From NCBI GenBank assembly GCA_000002445.1, contig CM000208.1, forward strand, positions 960,001 to 1,024,000: 64,000 nucleotides of DNA, in the 5' to 3' direction. Numbering within the stretch: the stretch's first letter is position 1; each line of letters starts with the position of its first letter. Of the stretch, positions 34,201-40,998 are shown piece after piece. The DNA comes from Trypanosoma brucei (Eukaryota). The position numbers and the translations under genes are program-made. The notes below the pieces were generated by a model. It was given only the letters and a program-made list of their open reading frames with translations, was not told where the DNA came from and did not search any database.

Positions 34201-36930
34201 TGCCAATTGCATGAGCAAAGCCGAAGCTTGTGCGAACAGAGCAAAAGAAGAAGCAGTGACACGTGCAGAAGTAGCGGATGGCGCCCCATGCACAGCCAGC
34301 TTCACCGCTGATATCACCTGTAATAGCGCATCGCGAAACTGCCAAGCGAACAAGGCGTTTGCCTCGGCGGGCTCATTTCCTCGTGTTTGTCTCAGTGTGG
34401 TGCGTTCTGCCTCGGCAACAACGAGGGCAGGAGGAAGAACGGCAATCAGTACATCGGCCCACTTAGCTGCTTTCGTGCGTGCTGTGAATGCTTCAGCAGC
34501 ACTTTGCAAGGATGTAAACAGCGCAGCAGTGCCAAGCAAAAGTGTCTGAATGTCCTTCATTAGCGTGACGCGTTCCTCAAGAGACAAATTATTATTGTTA
34601 TTATTATTATTTCTCTTTTTACTTCCCTCACCAAAGGCGGTGGTAAGGGTCGTCGTGGTCAGCAGGTGTAAGGGGCTCACTGAAGTGTTTCTTGTGCGAT
34701 CGCACATCATCCCAATCATCATAACCGCGTGGGTTGTGTCACGAAACGCTATCGACTCTTCATCCGGACCCGAAGAGTGACTAGCTTCGTCCCTGTCTTC
34801 AAGAGTGTCTCCGCTGTTAAGCTTAGAGAGAGATGCGTTTGCCATTTTACACGAGGCATGAAGCACTGGTGCTAGAAGCGCATACGCGAAGGAAGTCAAC
34901 CGAGACTTTACCCGGTCAGAGCCACTTCTACTTCGACCTACCGTTCCCATTTGGTTTGCGCTCTCCTCATCGTCACGCTCATGAATGATCCGTTCTTGCC
35001 GCAAGCTGTAGGCGTAGTTTTTCTGCAACACATCTTGCACAAACGCAAAAAGCAAAAGCCGCGTTGAAGTTTGCAGCTCTAAATCCAACGTTACACCTTG
35101 AGGACCAATAGACCCATCACCTTTGAAAGAGCTAACTGACACGCACGTTGAGATGATATCACGGCAAAGTGGCAGGCACAGATCGTGTAATTTGGCCATG
35201 TGAGAGCGCGGCACCATCCCGGTATCAACACATAATGGCGTAAACAACTCGAGTGCGGCACCACAAGAGCGTACGAGATGACACCAACCTGCCGTTGGAT
35301 GTCCACATATCGCAACATCGTTGTGTGCCAAGGTTTCCCGCCGGTTTGCCAGAAAAAATTGTAGTTGTTTTGCCATTTGTCGTATCGCCGGTAGCGAAGC
35401 GCCCTTCCACAAAAGTAAACAATCCTTGGCATGCAATAACTGCTGAAGTAGATGCAGAAAAGGAGCAGTGAAGTCAAGCGTTGCCACCACGGTCGTCAGC
35501 ATTTGCAACGGTGGTGAGTGCACGCTTCCACTATCATCTCTATCCTCCTCAAAATCATCATCAACATCACCCATTGAGGCGGCAGTGGCTGAGGAGTTGG
35601 CAGTCTCCTCAATCAAAGTGCGGAGAGCGCTGCCGATCGAAGTGGCTCCGATCATTTGCACCAGCTCACCAAGTACTCCGGTTTGGGTATCACCATGCTG
35701 TTGCACGAATTCCACCCCTTCCTTTTCGTATTCTTCCCGACTCTCAAGAAACAACTCTTTCCAATGGGTATAATGGGCAAACCCTTCGGCTTCCTCCACT
35801 GTGAAACCGAAAAATTCTTGTTCGTTTACTCCGTACCCAGAATCGTAAGCACTTGAGAAATTTGTGCGCTTGGAAAGACCAAAAACGTATATTAGCACGA
35901 CGTAAAAGTTCTCAAAATTTGTATTGAGTGAGCCACGAATTCCACGTAGAACATCAGCAGCGAAGAAACACAAACTATCAACAACTGGAAGGAACGAGAG
36001 ACGTTCCTTCTGGTACCTTAATAGTCGGTCGAGTGTCAGAGCATTTGTTTTTGAACCCATCACTTCCCTTACCCTATTGCCTTCCTCATGGTGAGTACCA
36101 ATCGTACCATGACTTTCCTCATATTCCTCTTCGTTATCCATTCCGTCAACATCATCGTCTGCGCCGCGAACCTTGCGTGCATCGTCACCACAGTAGTCTT
36201 TGAAATCGTGCACAACATCGACACACATTACTTCCAACACTAACGGAAGCAACTCACGCGTCATTCGACATGTCGACGCCAGGACTTCGGCTGCCAACCG
36301 CCGTATGTATTCCTTTGAATCATGCATCTGTCGCACGTACAATTTAATGACAAGTTCGACCAGCTTTCGTTGCTCCTGCAGGAGCCAAAAGGGTCGCATT
36401 TCACGGCACCACGCTGCCTGTGCAGAGAAAATAAGTTGCAGGCGTCGAGTTTCCGCCAGAAGCTGCCCGTTCGCGTCATATATACCCCCATTAATGGCCT
36501 GATGGAAGCATTCAAAATATAGAAAAAACTTTTCACGCATGTCCCGTGCAAAGGCCACGGTGAGTCGAGCAAATGCTTCAAATCCCTCAGCGAACTTGTC
36601 ACGGTTCATCATGGCAAGTAACAATTTTTGGGCTATCTTACGGTGATTAAGTTGAAACAATGCGCGTGAACTGCACAAATCCAGCACCTCCCACCGGAAA
36701 CTCTTAAAATCTGTGGTTGAGTGAGAAAGCATTTGCTCGTTCAATTCAGTAAGGAAGGCACAATCCTCGCTCTCGGGATGTGGCGCCCAATCATCGGTGA
36801 ATCCACCGGCAGGTTGCATGTTTATCGCCCCGAGGACGTTGTAGCCAATACCCACGTGTACATGCTGTACGGCGTTGCGAAATATCTTCTCACGTCCGCG
36901 GGCATTGTGACCACGCTTTTTTGGTGGCAT
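25225..36930 (-). CDS. Giant HEAT/ARM-repeat protein, tentatively UTP20/DRIM-like SSU-processome component, 3901 aa
   Basis: GTG at 36976-36978; first ATG is codon 17 (cat 36928-36930). An 11.7-kb uninterrupted ORF. Alpha-helical repeat composition throughout. N-terminal block (WEVLDLCSS...ARLTVAFARDMREKFFLYFECF) resembles the UTP20 N-terminus as I recall it. Strongly basic C-terminal tail (KRARSADESYPKGNKRARTSRR). Confidence 0.6.
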   Translation of the reverse strand: MPPKKRGHNARGREKIFRNAVQHVHVGIGYNVLGAINMQPAGGFTDDWAPHPESEDCAFLTELNEQMLSHSTTDFKSFRWEVLDLCSSRALFQLNHRKIAQKLLLAMMNRDKFAEGFEAFARLTVAFARDMREKFFLYFECFHQAINGGIYDANGQLLAETRRLQLIFSAQAAWCREMRPFWLLQEQRKLVELVIKLYVRQMHDSKEYIRRLAAEVLASTCRMTRELLPLVLEVMCVDVVHDFKDYCGDDARKVRGADDDVDGMDNEEEYEESHGTIGTHHEEGNRVREVMGSKTNALTLDRLLRYQKERLSFLPVVDSLCFFAADVLRGIRGSLNTNFENFYVVLIYVFGLSKRTNFSSAYDSGYGVNEQEFFGFTVEEAEGFAHYTHWKELFLESREEYEKEGVEFVQQHGDTQTGVLGELVQMIGATSIGSALRTLIEETANSSATAASMGDVDDDFEEDRDDSGSVHSPPLQMLTTVVATLDFTAPFLHLLQQLLHAKDCLLLWKGASLPAIRQMAKQLQFFLANRRETLAHNDVAICGHPTAGWCHLVRSCGAALELFTPLCVDTGMVPRSHMAKLHDLCLPLCRDIISTCVSVSSFKGDGSIGPQGVTLDLELQTSTRLLLFAFVQDVLQKNYAYSLRQERIIHERDDEESANQMGTVGRSRSGSDRVKSRLTSFAYALLAPVLHASCKMANASLSKLNSGDTLEDRDEASHSSGPDEESIAFRDTTHAVMMIGMMCDRTRNTSVSPLHLLTTTTLTTAFGEGSKKRNNNNNNNNLSLEERVTLMKDIQTLLLGTAALFTSLQSAAEAFTARTKAAKWADVLIAVLPPALVVAEAERTTLRQTRGNEPAEANALFAWQFRDALLQVISAVKLAVHGAPSATSARVTASSFALFAQASALLMQLAPLCGAPESDKDSMEFIRDAVVILATSFEEHRVVILGDSEVGRLLHGMECLLHAMFRLFGVEESLVADGEGSEATVAVHKKEKAKGHVVSQQISQQRQTFLRATARLHETLDDKSQRALVHTLLFEALVSPIQSLRVVALRLLRLFCHPEVEDTKRVSGCSSVDPTFFDSLLRAELFNPLSSAGNLDGIQQALAKLSFDAASGALREPLRRVILARAMMGLLHTKYSVAWPIALKILSDLVKSEDTVARRHGTGLHQLRDDGSPFGDNEEVEDCKSLLDPLVWETVISRYARSIVLGDIVRVASSASNECDTDDCYNNNSTSNYKGTESSIHSSSSPLFYRIQLTDMQRHEKGELVSKDFSTAQYKSSTVTWLLLVNNDGEILMWERHYLPAVSPTYTHGRAAARHATDRAVLAKTFLSGLSDMARTGGGSAADTKDSLVAELAVELSAIRCGEHPSGIRHLKMLDERLTLALNAYTAAATVAYTEEESPLQPSGQSREDATLLTKRLHRICASLVSDSNTKLQRAAIDLLRRLKVAPFSRYYRQLVPFCDTQQNLFNFLSSFHVETDVPQEHRADYIATALTVALPKLTSSVSRDKVKDQAVLQRRLLAFVTHLTDRGEFTAVLNGLVQRLIVEHVTPTKAAGSGVFCFGSWWEKWVREQTHCTRRLERLLRQLLNTTKLLSALLQAVGKGFSSFAGTCLLLGINAYLISCKQTLLAPLSATTFPGINGGACDDGATQEEIGWRVKSALSSSALKSLMSRMRRGAATMVASLFEQFPAEVMETLRADLGVGSGDTGAASVEHSLISRYVAALHMNGGGAVAELIGDSQRAAATPFMRLVRAWIASPHTLPLVGTFAGAVTEMIKQLFAANSTVTGTTNTSGSGLSVLSRNNQQQTAVLALHEGLRCVAELLNASDEQINVFGATEQSTLRVMFVEPHVSEIFTSLYTLIRRGASCGVREKNTRFPASRDKGGRPATTVMSFSVSMWKELIATVSMLTEYVVVIEKQNAEEKESAGGKHANSEDTNTMLSRLLEMCIAFVAHPACMKDRETCVAAVGVLEYLLPHVHRINVLLHYEPLVHLFNAVTNPEARLLLCRTLNVMLTQMGAVSSSSDPVSCFCNEENTDFLLDGVQRGSRGYAAQLAAVGRAVSCLNSFDDNNSSLDRYDFDLRFHTLRTLQQFFHNGGESAPVSIGKRKRAQQSQVREERDYSGDFDSTIPLDDLEAPVLCVEGFLVLASNAVFFLRDPEGTISALAVQVVEAMIRYASRQNTRVAEYDTLILNQVIRRIILPSLRRGVVARDVHIRNSHMQVFGALAQHYKDSFRSFAALYDRNVELNFFVNIGHLQHRCRLNALALLRKKVDQLHPRDALRVFVPFLLATVKDFAQGKRDLQNLTEGRAKGYCDALLNTVATVAGMLPWEGYYRLLSLLLINAQENASLRLPMLQGVVLVLDHFHFLEEGVDDKIGTCSNNNNDIPEDGRQRKGAEESPQTAQGDDYDEDEDGENDDDAVAAALEVTLRAKRIKYRNARIMHVMEDDILPQLYGFLSSGTRRSGIHASGSEVLVSAHTATSVRDEMRKTDGAQQNTTILQLPVAIAITKIVKRFPLDRFSSHAEQLLDEVVLKLRTKNDKHRERARRVLSAMMCEVGPGKLGFIITKLRDHLVHGYQLHVLGYTVVTLLYNLYEPRHSLSYGRKKTPGKKLHKEAGAKARHSVVGGGEAIRPNGSQQHDKQGGGALGQTSNSKEKSGDDVTTGNHEDDEEEELLRMIIPAAVQFDYEYGVSCLTACLDDIMTILLDDYLGEVSEQKRQVELMSTMLEVKSSRALHGFTLIASHCQATRVIEVFLQKITWLLTPPSEAANVETNTRGGGARAGALLLLQELKTKYSTIGKSAAADFAFVQKVRLLAVRVARALLKNATMEVESSFRVVRDLLHRHNETREEKIKKFEAKEGTRRIRGSAQLIAQRPSVIATTRREQLDANFLVAPRPERVDVDFSAHTVLATQQKQKLRTYRGRYGKDVKQAAKHFYREDPTAAVVLDTLDEFLLKYLLSVLKQVLGMGKERKSSKIAVRLDLLRSKNKQKEEQTDGDNYITHTNASDEEGEQDASSVSSADVLLDPENLDDREGDALDRFAAEAEERDDEQRQKETGEPSKKLCVRTEKRKRRGSADLTASFTRHYQQLLEELVPVVLSTLHGEGSDAVIGYALDCMLALLSLRPPLKIVGMYHTNLYDTVTAFFERGGSVKQRAMRVAASVISHQRFTLTEAQASQITGLCHAELVERNRFAPMALTLFYAVLGRHVHVVEVYELMGVVTELLLHVSAKRLMRQRCISVITRFLTEYRMTPEKFRSHMDLLYRNMDYPEVTGRIALLELFIALINRLPTVVLRQEAPLLLLPLAVTLSGSEFLEARRKAGTALQDLVRNAGVDTVVPTLSKWLEKDQTRKRKTIALQTWALMLSAIASALGLSGKDNDSSSDNTKGITAEAEEFATYYTWSLPSIMDAATYDQISASRIRRRSEELSGTLRRKIEMKGWMYVFFGLRCVEAIASAAPSLVWHDVTFAKPLVLYLSGRLILHTHPWVRGVALRLLGMYCTNGVETRCSYLVDDGWVGAHLVTSAVEVLGSKRRRSEKDTSQKPTRRSRNSAVAIQPSSTASGDTLPYMVVFRGTGPIDNTDRAEEVLNEISASLRLLLLNFAQSDVSNEKYAAHRAIARSSRTDAVRLALYLIRSLAAVSMALLVNATANESEEGLLHVREVVTRHFVALRRQFNSIAAPAISNGSVTNVMVRTASLVQCFGGLVAAMPCVNGNGRKTSRGDNKSASETLGDVNEGERVDVGSVARWLLCNAINLEFIQQTVAPTVAVAMRCGRRSEKLSTLATQVAYVLREQLEARRHDYDTARAHADDENAAVNVSPLEGRKKLRKISRDKSNNGNCDRCTGSFVTVDDALFALTTVAEEIKNARKDELARRDTTNTLRKRARSADESYPKGNKRARTSRR

Positions 36931-37281
36931 CTCTCTTTTTTTTTCAATTCCAATCAACTTCACCAACGGTTGTTCCACCGTGGGGGAATAATGGAGGTTT
37001 TAGGTATAATACCAACGTAATCTGCACACTTGCTCGAGCGTATCCCTCTTCGACAGTAGATGGGTAAGAGGAAAAAGACACTCCACCAACGAACCAAACA
37101 CGGTGAATGAACCTACAATGTACAATATTAAGGTATAGAAGAGAAAGAAGTAAGGTTTTTCTTTTTTAAAAAAGTATACTAACATTTTTTTAGGACGGCA
37201 AAACGTCGCGAATGAATTAGCAGCAATGGGAAATAGAAAAGGCAGCAAGTCAAATCAATGTACACGAACCGAGTACCTCAT

Positions 37282-37350
37282 AATGAAGGAGAGGAAGCAA
37301 AACAAAAGAAAAGTTAGAGTATGAAAGATAAGAAACCTTAAGAAGAATGG
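37282..37350 (-). promoter_or_regulatory. Polypyrimidine tract upstream of the giant HEAT-repeat ORF
   Basis: Plus-strand purine run (aatgaaggagaggaagcaaaacaaaagaaaagttagagtatgaaagataagaaaccttaagaagaatgg), 350-420 nt upstream of ATG 36930. Confidence 0.35.
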
Positions 37351-37493
37351 ATAATTTTTCACCTAAAAGTTGTCGACTTTAAAAAGATATATATATTATT
37401 ACTTCATAGTTCGCTGTGGGTCACGTGACTCGAAAAACCTTCCAGCTTCGATGAACCCGTCTTTTTTCTTTTTGAGTTTCATTTTGTGACTAA

Positions 37494-40400
37494 TCACTGA
37501 TCAGAGCCTACACAAGATTCACATGAACTATCCTGAAGTCTTCCAGAAAAAGTTCGGAGCAGCCACTTTGTTGACCGCAGCATTACATGTGGTGCGGAAT
37601 ACCTTTCGGTAACGTCACCAAACGTTACAAATGGTTTCGACCCTACAAAAACTTGCGAAGGGCTCACATCACGGACCGGGGTTACCTCCCTCGACTGTAC
37701 AAGGGAAAGTAATACGCTAAATGACTGTAGAATTCTCTCGAGGCGACGCTTGAACAGTAGTTGGCTACCCGAGCACGGTGCATCTTTTCCAGTGGACACG
37801 GAGTCGCGCAAAATTATAACGTTTCGTATTAAAAACGTACTCGCGGTACACCTCTCAGGGCAGCACTCAACGTTAAAAACACTACGCCCAGCACCATTCG
37901 CCATATGCATCGCGTTCTGCACTGCTGTCACTCTTTCGTCGTGATCACAGCCATTTCTTCCTATCATAACGTCGTTATAGCTCATGGACATGGCATCCAG
38001 CAATAGCTGACGCACACACTCCTCCGGAAACCTTAGAAGTACCCCACCACTGAGAAGAATCAGACGGCGCCAGCTGCAGAAATCATAGCCTCCTGTTACT
38101 GTAGCCGATAACTCTCGAGATGATCCACGCATGCTGATACTTCCACTCGTTTGTTGCTGTAAGAGAAGTTGAAGGACACTATCTGGCAGCAACATAAAGG
38201 CATGTCCTTCAGCCGCCCACCTTCCCGGAGTTTGGTTGTCGACAGACGCCCCACTACCCCCACATGTTGAAACGGACTCATGGCGAGACCATGATGGTCT
38301 TTTCGAATATTGAAGGGCAGGAAGCAAGCACCGCGCTGCCACACTTTCGACAATCCACCTAAAGTCGGTTACCAGTGCACCGCTCACGAGCGCACAAGCT
38401 GTAGTTGGTGTCATAGACGTTAGGTTACTATCTCTCGCGGAAGGCACGCCACCGCAGTCACTAATACAACTTCCGTCGTCACTAATAGAGGCAAGTCTTC
38501 CTTCCGTGGGCATAATAAGACAGTACGAGCAAGTAATTGATGCAGCGGCGTAATGTCTCTCCTTCCAGTACAATTGACTTTCTGCAGGAGTTCCAGACCC
38601 CTGACAACTGGGGAGACGAAAGACATGTCGTATCACTTTCTGTGGTTTGGGGTCATAGATACGTAAACGGCTGTCAACACTACCCATACGTTCATCAAGG
38701 ACTCTGGCGCCAAACATCTGCGCCGCTGAAACGAGGACTTCGCCAGTTTTGGTTGAATTTTCTACGGAAGCATCCACCGAAAAGGTGTGCGGCAACCTAA
38801 ACACATCATCTTTATGCTCTGATAACTGCGATGTCGAGATCGTAGAGGTACTGCGTTCACGAGCTCCCGAACCTCCCGCAATATTTTTCCCGTGATTTAA
38901 TAACTCCCTTCCAGAACATATATCAGGATCACATGACGATAGATTCTGCGTCACGGCAACCCCGCCGTTATGTACTTGGTTCTCGTGGGTATTCGCTCTG
39001 CCCTTTGTCTCAAAAATGAGTGCCGATTCAGTGGGAATCTCTGAGCGCTGGGCATGTACTCGAAAGTTGAAACTTTCACCAAAGAAACTGCTGCTGTCGC
39101 TACTGCTCAAGCTGCTGTCGCTACTGCTGTCCTTCCCATCCCCTTCACCCACTTCACGCACAGTTGGTGCATCCTTTGGTAACGTATTCGACTGAACACT
39201 GGTAGACACTGCCGTCGCAACAGGTGTTAAGGCATCTCCCCCCACGTTATCAATAACACCCACGTCTTCTTGAGGTTTCTGGGAAAAGTGCCTTGTTGAT
39301 GCACTCGACTGAACACTGGTAGGCACTGCCGTCGCAACAGCTGTTAAGGCATCTCCTCCCGCAGTTCCACTACCAACGGCATTTGTACGATGACATGGTT
39401 CACTATGCCGCTGTAAATCTTGACTAGAGCCCGACTCGGAGCAAGAGCTACTTAACTCTTCAAAATTTCGTAAAACATCCGAATTTTCTGCATCCCCGTT
39501 TGAAGTTAGGGGTCGACACACTTCCGACGGAGAGGAACAACCAACCCCTCTCGTTTTCGACCTTCCGTGGGGTTCTGGCATCGTCTGATGTACACCACCT
39601 ACAACTTCTGGAGAGCCGCTACGCGAGCGGACTGACACGGGGAAGTTGTGGTCAGACAACGTGACAGTGCTATGCGGATTGGTCGTATTTACAGAAACGT
39701 GGCTAGTGACCGACAGAGGTGATGTGCCCATAGGAGTTGCGGATGGCGAGTACGGCAGCGAACCAATCGCCTGCCTGTGGGTTCCATGTTCAGATTTTTT
39801 CTCAGGTTCACCAGTTGCCTCCTCAGCAACGGGGGGTGCATTGTTAGATTGCAGTGTCACTGTCTGGACGCCAGCGTTCCCTGTCAGAGACACCCCACTT
39901 AGTGTTGATAATACCTGGGAAACCTCTGCAGAAGGTGCCAACGCTTCTTCCTCTTCGATGTGTCCAGCCTTCACCAGATCGTTATCATCATTACTTTTAG
40001 GACTAACTAGTGCAGCGGACAGCAATGGATGTTTCATAATATCTGAAACTAGATTGCTCACCAATGAAACACTAATCAAATCTGAAATCTGAGCAGGAAC
40101 GGAGCAAATGGGGCACGACTGACCTAGTCTGAGGCGTTTCGTGCTACGCCCTCTTCCGGACTTCGCCACTGGGGACGTTCGGACGTCGTTGATATTTCCC
40201 CTCCCTCTACTATTTCTTTTTTGTGGACTGCTCCATTGGTCCCCATGACTGTTTTCGGTAAGTTGCCTCTCGTCTTCTTCCCAAGGATCTTTCACAGAAG
40301 GGCAACTTTTTTCAATCGCATTGACGATGCAACTGTGACAAAATACATGACCACAAACGTCCAAAGCGGTGGGATTTTCTTGAAGCGGCCGGTGACATAT

Positions 40401-40520
40401 TGGACAGAGGAACGTTTGTCGAAGTTTCTTGAACACGAGCTCTGTTAGGGCTGGATCTTCTTCTTCACCTTCAACGCCTTCTGACTTACGCACCCGAAAA
40501 CTGTTAAGCTCTGTGGTCAT
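37494..40520 (-). CDS. RING-finger (C3HC4) protein, 1008 aa, with internal tandem repeat
   Basis: ATG confirmed (cat 40518-40520). N-terminal CPICHRPLQENPTALDVCGHVFCHSCI RING signature plus a second CPIC motif. Contains a ~117-bp direct repeat encoding GGDALT[AP]VATAV[PS]TSVQS. Confidence 0.6.
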   Translation of the reverse strand: MTTELNSFRVRKSEGVEGEEEDPALTELVFKKLRQTFLCPICHRPLQENPTALDVCGHVFCHSCIVNAIEKSCPSVKDPWEEDERQLTENSHGDQWSSPQKRNSRGRGNINDVRTSPVAKSGRGRSTKRLRLGQSCPICSVPAQISDLISVSLVSNLVSDIMKHPLLSAALVSPKSNDDNDLVKAGHIEEEEALAPSAEVSQVLSTLSGVSLTGNAGVQTVTLQSNNAPPVAEEATGEPEKKSEHGTHRQAIGSLPYSPSATPMGTSPLSVTSHVSVNTTNPHSTVTLSDHNFPVSVRSRSGSPEVVGGVHQTMPEPHGRSKTRGVGCSSPSEVCRPLTSNGDAENSDVLRNFEELSSSCSESGSSQDLQRHSEPCHRTNAVGSGTAGGDALTAVATAVPTSVQSSASTRHFSQKPQEDVGVIDNVGGDALTPVATAVSTSVQSNTLPKDAPTVREVGEGDGKDSSSDSSLSSSDSSSFFGESFNFRVHAQRSEIPTESALIFETKGRANTHENQVHNGGVAVTQNLSSCDPDICSGRELLNHGKNIAGGSGARERSTSTISTSQLSEHKDDVFRLPHTFSVDASVENSTKTGEVLVSAAQMFGARVLDERMGSVDSRLRIYDPKPQKVIRHVFRLPSCQGSGTPAESQLYWKERHYAAASITCSYCLIMPTEGRLASISDDGSCISDCGGVPSARDSNLTSMTPTTACALVSGALVTDFRWIVESVAARCLLPALQYSKRPSWSRHESVSTCGGSGASVDNQTPGRWAAEGHAFMLLPDSVLQLLLQQQTSGSISMRGSSRELSATVTGGYDFCSWRRLILLSGGVLLRFPEECVRQLLLDAMSMSYNDVMIGRNGCDHDERVTAVQNAMHMANGAGRSVFNVECCPERCTASTFLIRNVIILRDSVSTGKDAPCSGSQLLFKRRLERILQSFSVLLSLVQSREVTPVRDVSPSQVFVGSKPFVTFGDVTERYSAPHVMLRSTKWLLRTFSGRLQDSSCESCVGSDQ
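39187..39360 (-). repeat. Intragenic direct repeat (2 copies, ~57 nt each, period ~117 bp) within the RING-protein CDS
   Basis: cgactgaacactggtagacactgccgtcgcaacaggtgttaaggcatctcccc at 39189-39243 and cgactgaacactggtaggcactgccgtcgcaacagctgttaaggcatctcctccc at 39305-39360. At protein level GGDALTAVATAVPTSVQSS / GGDALTPVATAVSTSVQSN. Confidence 0.85.
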
Positions 40521-40682
40521 TTGTATAAGCAGTACTTGTAGCTATAACCACAGCTGATTCTGATCTCAAGTCCCTTTACAACAAGATAAACATTCACAAC
40601 GATGGAAAGCATGGTATGTCAACTGCAAAAGTGTAATACGCAGCCATTTACAAGAACAAAAAAATGGTGGAGCAATGGGGAC

Positions 40683-40700
40683 TTTTTTTTTAAAAAAAAA
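40683..40700. repeat. Perfect T9A9 palindrome
   Basis: tttttttttaaaaaaaaa is exactly self-complementary. Located ~165 nt upstream of the RING-protein ATG. Confidence 0.85.
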
Positions 40701-40998
40701 GAAAAAGAATTTCTTGTTTTTTAAATATTAACTCAAGCATGTGTACAGGTAGAAAGAACCATTGAATGACACACTTTGAATAAGTGCGAATGTATTTACC
40801 TCTGCACACCATGTTAACAGTTTACACCCAAGAGGTAATAAAGTGATGAAACATAAACGGATAATCCGAATGGAAAGAATTCATCTATCTTAGCACCACT
40901 GCCCATGCTGGTCTCGTATTTTTGATGTTGCCAAACCTCTGTCGTAGGAAACTGGACATATAACACACCACCACAAATTGTTCTTCTTGGGTAAAATA

